In this document: in pieces, positions 51,791 through 61,517 of the stretch
Position numbering within the stretch: position 1 is the stretch's first letter
Layout of the letters: the number at the start of each line of letters is the position of its first letter
Made by a program: the position numbers and the translations under genes
The notes under the pieces: generated by a model
The model's database searches: none
What the model saw: the letters and a program-made list of their open reading frames with translations, nothing else
Told to the model about the DNA's origin: nothing
Assembly (NCBI GenBank): GCA_021613535.1
Contig: CP075494.1
Span: 5,332,001 to 5,396,000 of the forward strand
Source of the DNA: Adineta vaga
Taxonomy: Eukaryota; Animalia; Rotifera
DNA length: 64,000 nucleotides
Direction: 5' to 3'

Positions 51791-53046
51791 TTTGAACTTC
51801 GATGTTCATTTCTAGATTTAAAATGATCGAGTGTCATATTCTGATAAATAATATAGACAATAAACGTCCTTCGAATCAGTTTAGTAGATCAATCTGTAGA
51901 AATCAGTTTCCATTGAATAACTTGATTTTATACATTGTTACTTCATAGAAAGATGTAAATTTAGTTTATTCATTCAGTTGACAATTTCTGAATCAGTTCA
52001 GATGCATAATCAAGAAGACAACAGAGTAATTGTTTGCTTGTAAATGATAGTTGCATTTTTGTAAACAGAAAATCAAAATTTTTCTTCACTGAGTGCAGAA
52101 ATTTAACTTAGAAAATGTTAGCATTAGATTTTCTCATTATAAATCATTATGTAGCTATTTTTACTTACTTGATATTAAAGAAAATCTGATAGAAGTAAAA
52201 CAAACGATTATCCTCTTAATGTCAATTCATTTTCATTGAGTGTCAGAGAGTACGTAACCTATAGCATTTATCAATTGTATATAAACTAGTGAAACATTAT
52301 ATAGATGTCAAAATATATTCTTTCGAATGTCGTCTTTTTTACATCATAATCAGACTCTATGTAAAATGTAAAACGATGTTTCTTTAATTCGTGTAGATCT
52401 ACCGAACTGACTACATGTTTTTCTTGTAAATTAAATAGATTTCGACCAAACTTATCTAATAAGAAATTATAATAAGAAATGAAGAATTCCATTGAGAACG
52501 TTCATTATTTTTTAGAACAAATGGAGAAAATTCGCTTAGTTATTCTTTTATTAAAGAATGATCTATTCTATATAGAATTTACCGTCTAAAAATATATTCC
52601 ATTCAACAATGATCACAACTTTTTACAGCAGTACCTCAATTATCAAATTCTAATATAATATATAATAATTTCCAAATGTAGACCAGAATTAATTAATTAA
52701 TTAATGGTAAAAGAAGGTAGCTTTTCTATTCGATTGTGACAAATTTGTTAATGATCATTTTTTTGTGTTTGCAGCTAGATAAAGCCCAGACACGTAGTAT
52801 ATGTGGAAGTAATCTTTTGATGCGTTTTTTCTGAGGAAAAAAAGAAGCTGTGATATTATCCTCTTACTTTTCTATTAATTTTAAAACATTTGCGAAGAAA
52901 ACGTACGGCATATAGAACAGAACTGACTCTTTCATTCTTCTCCAACATCGTACTGCGATACTTCAAATATCATCTATTTGAAATCGTTTTTATTATCGAT
53001 TGAATCTTTATAAAATATATTCTTAATATACCGTAGAAAGAGCAAC

Positions 53047-53781
53047 ATGCCTGTAACTCTAGTACAAGCTCATGCTATGGTTATGATCATTGCATGGATG
53101 ATTTTCGGTTCAACAGGTATTCTGTTTGCACGATATGGACGAACCATACGTTTAGGAAATCGACGACAACTACTTGGCAAAGCTGTTTGGTTTCAGATCC
53201 ATCGTTTACTTCTTTCTCTTACACCTCTTCTCACACTTCTTGGTTTTTTCCTGATTCTTGTTCGAAAAGGTGGTCAATGGGTTGATCTTCAAGTTGCTGA
53301 TTTGCGATCAATTATTCATTCAATCTTTGGTGGTATCATTGTATGTTGTACAATTGTTCAAATCTGGTTGGCATTGTATCGTTGTCATCCACAAAGTCGG
53401 TATCGTTATATATTTGATTGGAGTCATCGGATAATAGGCATAGCATCATTTAGTCTATTCTTCCCAACAGTATTTCTCATGAGCAGCTTTTTGTCCCAGG
53501 TTCGTCCTCAACTTCTTCCGATTTTCTCCTGTTGGACTGCATGGATGATTGTGATAATCATCGTTCTCGAAAAAATACAATATCATCAACGAAAAAATGT
53601 TTTACCATTGAATAACAATGGTCAAATAGGGAATGGAAATATACGACCAGATTCTGAAACAAGTGCACATGTATACATTGGTAGTCGATATTATAATTAT
53701 ATTAAAATACTTTTGATTTTTTTTCATATAGTTATTAGTATTATTCTATCGATTGTATTTATTGTTTTTATGTGTATATAA
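53047..53781 (+). CDS. Cytochrome b561-domain protein (ferric-chelate reductase FRRS1-like, no DOMON in this ORF), copy 1
   Basis: Four heme-ligand His: 'AHAMVMIIAW', 'WFQIHR', 'HSIFG', 'WSHRIIG'. Six TM segments. Confidence 0.85.
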   Translation: MPVTLVQAHAMVMIIAWMIFGSTGILFARYGRTIRLGNRRQLLGKAVWFQIHRLLLSLTPLLTLLGFFLILVRKGGQWVDLQVADLRSIIHSIFGGIIVCCTIVQIWLALYRCHPQSRYRYIFDWSHRIIGIASFSLFFPTVFLMSSFLSQVRPQLLPIFSCWTAWMIVIIIVLEKIQYHQRKNVLPLNNNGQIGNGNIRPDSETSAHVYIGSRYYNYIKILLIFFHIVISIILSIVFIVFMCI

Positions 53782-54354
53782 TATGAATTGATGTTGTTTT
53801 TATAACGAAATAAATATTTGAGATCGAAATTCTGCCATTTTTTGAATAATATATATACTCAGTTGATTAAAAAGTGTCATATCCGAAATTTCGGCCCATA
53901 TTATGTATAATGCTGAAGATTCGTGACAGTTTCGCTACTTTTGCGTATAAATGAACCTAATATTGATATGTAAAGGTAGAGATATTCAATATTCAGATTC
54001 TATTGAATTCCAAATTGAATGTCGGGAATCGCCAACAGACAGAACTTTGATAGCAGACATAGATTATAAGACTTTGGAACTTTTTTACAAGTTACTTGCG
54101 TGAAAATCAAATTAAGATCAGTTGTACCATTGTTCGATTAGTGTAAAACTCTTATTGCACACCTATGAACTCCCACAGTGATGATGATGATGATGATCTT
54201 ATACTAGATGTTGCAAACCTGTTCTTTTGAAAAAAGAATAAAATCTTGAATAACATCAATTTGAAAGAATAAAATTTATAATCAATACTTTAGAAAATGC
54301 AACAACAACTACAATTAAGAGAGAAACGCCATTACCTAATACGATAGAAAAGCG

Positions 54355-55320
54355 TCAATTTAGAGGACGGACTACAGGACTCTGTCGTTGCCTACAAGGA
54401 ATCATTTTCTTCAGTTTTGTTCTCAATTCAGTCATTGAACTAACGCATACAAATGGTAATAGAAGATTTCCATAAAACACCAAAAAATCTCCATAAAGTA
54501 CTAGATCTTCACTGAGGACGTGGTTTATCCCAAAAAACTGAACAAATTGTATAAGAACATGTGGCACATATATCCCGAGAAATAATGTTGATATTGATAA
54601 TAGTTGAATTGTCATTCTTCGATACTTCCGCCAATGAATGCGTTGACGCATTCGACTTTTTTGACAAATAATACGTATCAACAAACTAATACTAAAAACT
54701 GTAATAATTAATGTTGATATGATATCATTCACAATCATATCCCATAGAGTTAAAAACCGAATATCATAATAACAGAGTGGAGAACCACAGACAACTTCAG
54801 TATAATTATACGTATTTTCACAAGGAGGAAATAGGATTATAATAATACAATAGCAGAAACAGTACATAAGAAGTATTGTCATCGGCATATAATGAAAAAT
54901 GATTATTTTCTTTTTTGTGGTCACTAATCGATCATGAAAAATCAAAATATGTCGTTCCAATGCAGCCCATGCAAAGAGTAGTGTCGTAGTAATACGTAAA
55001 CCTTCATCTGCTACAATCCAAATCATACAAAAGTAAGATGATGTTGGCCAAACATGTTCAAGACGATAATAATTTAGCACCGATGGAATATGTACAAGTT
55101 GAATAAGAATATTTATAAAAAGAAGAAGAATAATAATATGATTATGAAGTGCTTGACGTAATGCTTGATGAAAAATTAGATATGAGAAAGCAAAGATTGA
55201 ACAAATCAATGAAGGAATATGAAACGGTAAAATAATCCAAAATCTTATTGAATAAGAGAAAACAATTGGATTAGATAATAACGATCCGTTCAAAATGGAA
55301 TCATTCAGCTCGTATGACAT
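54355..55320 (-). CDS. Intronless class A orphan GPCR, array member 1
   Basis: 7 TM; 'LRQALHNH', 'ALERHILIFH', 'WRKYRRMTIQLLSIS', 'LLPFVC'. Confidence 0.9.
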   Translation of the reverse strand: MSYELNDSILNGSLLSNPIVFSYSIRFWIILPFHIPSLICSIFAFSYLIFHQALRQALHNHIIILLLFINILIQLVHIPSVLNYYRLEHVWPTSSYFCMIWIVADEGLRITTTLLFAWAALERHILIFHDRLVTTKKKIIIFHYMPMTILLMYCFCYCIIIILFPPCENTYNYTEVVCGSPLCYYDIRFLTLWDMIVNDIISTLIITVFSISLLIRIICQKSRMRQRIHWRKYRRMTIQLLSISTLFLGIYVPHVLIQFVQFFGINHVLSEDLVLYGDFLVFYGNLLLPFVCVSSMTELRTKLKKMIPCRQRQSPVVRPLN

Positions 55321-56196
55321 GTTTTCAATATGAGAATTAAAGAAGACTGTGCATAATAATCTTCGGCTTACTAACTTAGATAAATTTATCTAAGAGTTTT
55401 GTCATTATGTCGTTTTTTATAGAATTCTCTAGAAGAATATAATATCTAAAAAAAGAAAATTATTAGTTAGGATATGTGAGTTATTACAAATGAATCCGAT
55501 TGAATACATTCCATAATTAACATAGGACACAGATTGATATGTGGAAAAAACAATTAATTTGAATGAATGTAAGTAAATTTATCATTGTATAGATCGACAA
55601 ATTACGTCGTATAAAATAAGTCCTGCTGATTTTGCATCATCAAGATATATTTACTCTGTTTAGTAAAAAAGTAGTTTTCAATTGTGACTTTTCTCTTTTT
55701 TCTATCGATACTCTTGGAATATTCTGAAAATTAATTTCATGAAAGACATTCTTTATTAAATATTCATTCCTATAAAAGCTAATAATGTTTATTAAAGTAG
55801 CTTTGTTTCTTCGTTCACATAGCAAGCTCAGATTAGTATTATCATTTTATAAGATATATACGCAGTACGATGTGGTTATTCTCTGGAACAAATATCAGGT
55901 ACTTTTAAAACAAAATTTTAAAACGAATTTTAATTACTCGAAGAAACATATCTTTCCAATTTGTCTAATTAAGAATAGGTTAGATTTCGATAGTTGATTG
56001 TACTCTTTCTTACAGATATTATGCTGTTGAACAACATCTTGTCAGTTAACCCTTTTTGACGACATGTCTTTCTATTACCGTAAGAACCATTAATGAAATT
56101 GAGATGGTTTATATCAATATACATGCTTTCATCACAAATCTTCGTTTCGTACAAAGATCAAAAGTGGTTATATTAAGTAAAAGATACTGTTTTCAT

Positions 56197-57192
56197 CTAT
56201 CGAAGAGCTGGACGATGTGCCAATATTAATGTTTGAGGACGAACTGTCCGAGTTTGTCGCCCAAAACAGAAAAAAATATTTTTCAATTTTGTTTTCAAAT
56301 GAGGTATTGATCCTGCACATACAAATGGTAACAATAAATTACTATAATATTCAAAAAATTCTGCATAGCCCATAAACTCTGATCCAGTATTTTCTGGAAT
56401 ACCGCAAAGATAAAGAAATTCCATGATTATATGCGGTGCATGCAATGTTAAATATAAAAATGAGATTGATAGTAATTGAATTGTCATTTTTCGATAATTT
56501 CGCCAACGAATAGGTAATCGCATTTGACACTTTCGGTATACAATACGACATAAAAGACCACTACTACAAGTAATAATTAGCAATACTGGTGCGACATGAT
56601 TAATTACTACATCCCATATAGTCAATGTTCGAGATTCATAATAACAGAGTGGATAACCACAAACAAGATCGTCATAATCATATGTGTTTTCACATGGTGG
56701 AAATATAATTGCAATCAAATTGTAGCATATACAATAGAGAAAAATGAGAGTTAGTGGTAAATAATGAAAAATAATAGCTTTTCGTTTTGTCGCAACTAAT
56801 CGATCATGAAATATGAAAATATGTCGTTCAATCGCAGCCCAAGCAAAAAACAATGTTATTGAAATATGAAAACCTTCATCAACTGTAATCCAGATGATAC
56901 AAAATGAAGGTACTGATATCCAAACATATTCAATATAATAGAAAACAAGATTCCATAAAATACTTGTTAATTGAACAATAAAATTAATAGACAATAGAAT
57001 GATAATAACATGATTATGAAGAGCTTTTCGTAGTGTTCGTTTAGTAATATAATGATAGAGAACAAATATTGAGCAGATGACAGATGGAATGAAAAACGGA
57101 AGAATAATCCAAAATTGAACTATATGTGGAATAGCAATTTCATGAGAATGTTCGGACGATTCTTCGTGCGAACTACTGTTGTCAATTGACAT
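56197..57192 (-). CDS. Intronless class A orphan GPCR, array member 2
   Basis: Same motifs as its neighbours ('AIERHIFIFH', 'KMTIQLLSIS'). Confidence 0.9.
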   Translation of the reverse strand: MSIDNSSSHEESSEHSHEIAIPHIVQFWIILPFFIPSVICSIFVLYHYITKRTLRKALHNHVIIILLSINFIVQLTSILWNLVFYYIEYVWISVPSFCIIWITVDEGFHISITLFFAWAAIERHIFIFHDRLVATKRKAIIFHYLPLTLIFLYCICYNLIAIIFPPCENTYDYDDLVCGYPLCYYESRTLTIWDVVINHVAPVLLIITCSSGLLCRIVYRKCQMRLPIRWRNYRKMTIQLLSISFLYLTLHAPHIIMEFLYLCGIPENTGSEFMGYAEFFEYYSNLLLPFVCAGSIPHLKTKLKNIFFCFGRQTRTVRPQTLILAHRPALR

Positions 57193-58200
57193 ATTTAAAG
57201 AATGAAAGATAAGCTAAAGATAACTTTTGCAATGAGTTTTGTATTTTTCAGTTCCTCTCGTTCTCATTTTTAGACGCCATTGCTTTAATGAGTTTCCCTT
57301 TCATATGTCAAGAATCTCTCAAATCGCATAAGAGAAAAATATGTTCAGAAAATCCGACGGAAGCTATTAAGGCGAAAAGCTCCTTCGAAAAAGCTTCTGA
57401 TTTTATTAGGAAACGTGTCTTAACTATGGAAATAAATCTAATTTCCAGGTAAATCGCATATACATAGAGATATGCTATTGCATCGATAATTTCTACTTAA
57501 AATATCATTAAAAACTTTTTGTTAATAAAAAATATTCGAAAGACAAAGTTTTCTTCATGCTTGTTTTTGACCTCAAGAAAAGTGATGTGACAAAGTGTTT
57601 ATAGGCTAATATTATGACATTGAGTGTAATACAAAACATTTTCAAAAACTACTGGAATATGCCTCTTTCCTTACATATACGTAAGACTTTTGAAATACAA
57701 GAATTTTTTGAATTATTTAAATTAATATTTATAGTTTTAGTCAAGGGGTTATGGAATATGAACGATTAACTTGTTTTTGTTTTCCATTTAAATCTAATGG
57801 TCTAGACAATAAATTCTCTTGCTTTCATACGGTAAATAAATCTTCTGGTCCTGTTAGGTTATTTAATAGTTAATCACATAGGGTGGATGAATTTATTAAA
57901 GTTTCGTCGTAATCTACTATTGCATAGAAGAATTGCACTGAAATCAAATTATGAGTTGCCTTTATGCGTGGTATTTCGAAAAAACTATAATACAAAAAAA
58001 AACGTCGAAAGATTGAATGTGTTTTTTTGTATTTGATATGTGTATTCTATATAATCTCGAAATTCATTCAAGATATTCGCATGATTTTTGTTTGTAGTAG
58101 TGAGGACTTCTGAGTGGAATTCGAAATATAGAAATTTAATATTTAGCAATACAGCATGATAGTAAATTACATTTGTTTCACAATGCTACAAAAGTTGTCT

Positions 58201-59202
58201 TTATTGTCGATCAATTGCACGACGGGATAATGGCAATGTATGAGGATGAATCAATCGTTCTTGTCGTTTCCAACATAGACAAAACATATTTTTTAATTTG
58301 ATTTTCAATTCAGGCATTGAACCAGCACATACAAATGGTAATAGAAGAGTACCATAATACGCAAAGAATTCAGAATAGACCATAAAATCTGCACCAATCT
58401 CCTCTGAGATACAACATAATTGAAGAAATTCCATGAACATATGTGGTATATAGATAATCAAATACAACAATGAGATTGCTAATAACTGTACTGTCATTTT
58501 TCGATATTTTCGCCAATGAGTTGGTTGACGCATTTGGCACTTCTGATACAATATACGTAAAAGAAGTGTAAAGCTACATAATACAATAATTATAACTGGA
58601 ATGAGATGATTCACTATTACATCCCACATAGCTAATAATTCTTCTTCATAAAAACAAAGTGGTTCACCACATGTAAGTTCTTCATAATTGTATGTATTTG
58701 CACAGGGTGGTAAAATAATCACGATCATAATATAACAAAAACAATAGAGAGAAACAGTAATCGTTGGTGTATAATGAAAAATAATGATTCTCCTGTGGGT
58801 TAGTACTAATCGATCATGAAAAATGAGAATATGTCGTTCAATCGTTGCCCACGCAAAAAGTGCTGTTATTGTGATGAATAATCCTTCATGAATGACAATC
58901 CAAATAGTACAGAAAACAGGGGACTGTGGCCAGACATAGCCTAAATAATAATAGCTAAGTGTGAATGGAATATCTGTCAATTGAACGATAAAATTAACAA
59001 GAAGAAGAATAGTGATAACATGATTATGCAAAGCTTGACGTAGTGTGTGATTAGTAATAAAATGGTACAAGACGAATAATGAACAGATCACTGATGGTAT
59101 GTAGAATGGGAGAATAATCCAGAATCGCATTAAGAGATGAATTGAAATTTCATGTGATGATAATGAAAGATCTTTGAAGGAAGTGTTACCTTTATTTGAC
59201 AT
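58201..59202 (-). CDS. Intronless class A orphan GPCR, array member 3
   Basis: Same motifs. The ATG at 59202 matches the N-terminal length of the paralogues. Confidence 0.9.
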   Translation of the reverse strand: MSNKGNTSFKDLSLSSHEISIHLLMRFWIILPFYIPSVICSLFVLYHFITNHTLRQALHNHVITILLLVNFIVQLTDIPFTLSYYYLGYVWPQSPVFCTIWIVIHEGLFITITALFAWATIERHILIFHDRLVLTHRRIIIFHYTPTITVSLYCFCYIMIVIILPPCANTYNYEELTCGEPLCFYEEELLAMWDVIVNHLIPVIIIVLCSFTLLLRILYQKCQMRQPTHWRKYRKMTVQLLAISLLYLIIYIPHMFMEFLQLCCISEEIGADFMVYSEFFAYYGTLLLPFVCAGSMPELKIKLKNMFCLCWKRQERLIHPHTLPLSRRAIDRQ

Positions 59203-60612
59203 TTTCTGAAAGAAAACATATTTTTGAAATAAAGGAAGAAAAGAATATCTAAAATTATCCTGTTTTCTCCTAGTGTCGCTTTTACACAACAGGTAACTCT
59301 TGATTAAACCATGATTAAAATTCTGTCATCTTTCTGATTAGCAGAAAAAAAGAAGAGATGGATGTTATTTAATTTCTGTTAATATACTCTTTAACTCGAA
59401 TGAACTTTCATATTTTATCCTATCGAAAACTTGCTTCCGGAATAGAAGAAAAAAATGAGCACATTAAATTTATTGTCTTTTTTAATAAGTTGTTCGTTCA
59501 TTATATAAACGAGGCTTTCGTTTTTCTCCTATGAACCTCTCAATAAATCTCATATTTCTAACAAATGGATTCGACACATAAATGAAAATCTGACGCTACT
59601 CAACACAGGACAAAGATAAAGATTTAAAAGAATATTTACATTAGAAGATTATTTTTTTATAAATTTGACATATGATGATATAGAATCTTTTAAAAAGATT
59701 TTAATGAATAATAGTTATCATGATCCCTCTTTGCCTATTGAATGACAGTCAAGCGCAACGAGATAGGTGTCCCTGGTTAAAAAAACATGCATCTAATCTA
59801 CTTCTCATTCCTCTGTGCTTTCTATACAAATAACAGAGATGAACATGTTTTATTAACATTGTTCGATTTTCGGCACAAGATAAACTTCATTAACATCGTA
59901 AACAAGCAAGAATATGTTTTTCCGAAAAAGAATTTTCATTCATTATTTTTTTATAAAAAATAAACTCATTAGTTAGTACGTGCATTTTTTGTGTATTTGA
60001 AAATAAAGTAGACTTTGTAGAATGAGTGGTATTATTTACATGAGATGTGTCAAATCTTTTCACTTTGTAGAAAGTAATTAACCGTTAAAATAATTATTCG
60101 GTTCCAAGCATGGTTATCTCGTGTTAAACTTAAGATTCAAATTTGAACTAATCATTAACACATTAAATTAGTATACATTAAAAAATCGACATATATTGAT
60201 TGTTCAACAAAATTGTTTACACCTCATGCTAATCTTATACATGATGAAAAGAATCAACAACTACTTGTCTCTTTAACTTCTAATTCTGATAAACATAATT
60301 ATACTGTATTTCAACTACTTCAAAATGTCATCAAATGAATATCTATGTAATTTGTTCTTATATGTTACTTTTCAATGTTTAAACAATAACAGACGCAAAA
60401 GATGCATCACAAGATTAGATTAAAGAGTTCTTTCATTTGATTGAAAACTCATTCTTAATTAAGTCTATACAAATAAAATAGAATGCATGTATCGTTGCAT
60501 CTAATTATTCATCTTTCTTTGCCATATAAATACCTACAAACCAATATCTTTAGCTTAACATAAAGTAGAAACAACAACAACAACAGCAACAGCAACATAA
60601 TTAATCTTTGAA

Positions 60613-61368
60613 ATGCCTCTAACTCTAACACAAGCTCATGCTATGGTTATGATCATTGCATGGATGATTTTCGGTTCAACAGGTATTCTGTTTGCACGAT
60701 ATGGACGAACCATACGTTTAGGAAATCGACGACAACTACTTGGCAAAGCTGTTTGGTTTCAGATCCATCGTTTACTTCTTTCTCTTACACCTCTTCTCAC
60801 ACTTCTTGGTTTTTTCCTGATTCTTGTTCGAAAAGGTGGTCAATGGGTTGATCTTCAAGTTGCTGATTTGCGATCAATTATGCATTCAATCTTTGGTGGT
60901 ATCATTGTATGTTGTACAATTGTTCAACTCTGGTTAGCATTGTATCGTTGTCATCCACAAAGTCGGTATCGTTATATATTTGATTGGAGTCATCGGATAA
61001 TAGGCATCGTAGCTTTTATTCTCACTATTCCGACGATCTTTTTGATCATTCTTCTCATGTCACGAAACCGTCCTGATCTAATACCGATTTTCTCCTGTTG
61101 GACTGCATGGATGGTTGTCATAATCATGGTTCTAGAAATAATTCAACAACAACAACGATCAAATATAACACCAGTATCTAATCATGTTCAAATGGATGAT
61201 GCAAAACGAGAAAAGATTCATGAAAATGTCCGCCATGATACTGAAGCAGCTACGAATACGAATATTAATCATCGACGATACGATGAATTCAAATTCCTTT
61301 TACTTACTATGCATATCATAGTCACCCTTACGATTTCCATTGTATTCATTGTGTATATCTGTAAATAA
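60613..61368 (+). CDS. Cytochrome b561-domain protein, copy 2
   Basis: Paralogue of 53047-53781 with the same four His ligands. Confidence 0.85.
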   Translation: MPLTLTQAHAMVMIIAWMIFGSTGILFARYGRTIRLGNRRQLLGKAVWFQIHRLLLSLTPLLTLLGFFLILVRKGGQWVDLQVADLRSIMHSIFGGIIVCCTIVQLWLALYRCHPQSRYRYIFDWSHRIIGIVAFILTIPTIFLIILLMSRNRPDLIPIFSCWTAWMVVIIMVLEIIQQQQRSNITPVSNHVQMDDAKREKIHENVRHDTEAATNTNINHRRYDEFKFLLLTMHIIVTLTISIVFIVYICK

Positions 61369-61517
61369 GATTTATCCTTGAAATCATTACTATTGTGTAT
61401 GAAGAACAATATTTAATTTGTATTTTTATTGTGTGAGAAAAAAGAAAAACATAAAACACACTTTTGAGTTCTTTGAAAACTTGCGTTTAGTATGTAATAG
61501 ATGATTATTTTCTATTC

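Noticed and set aside
53094-53285. Identical 63-aa ORF also present at 60660-60851
   Set aside because: Off-frame reading inside the near-identical b561 tract; the identity reflects DNA homogenisation, not a peptide gene.
59560-59745. Short protein-like frame 'RFKRIFTLEDYFF...'
   Set aside because: Too short and has no identifiable homology.
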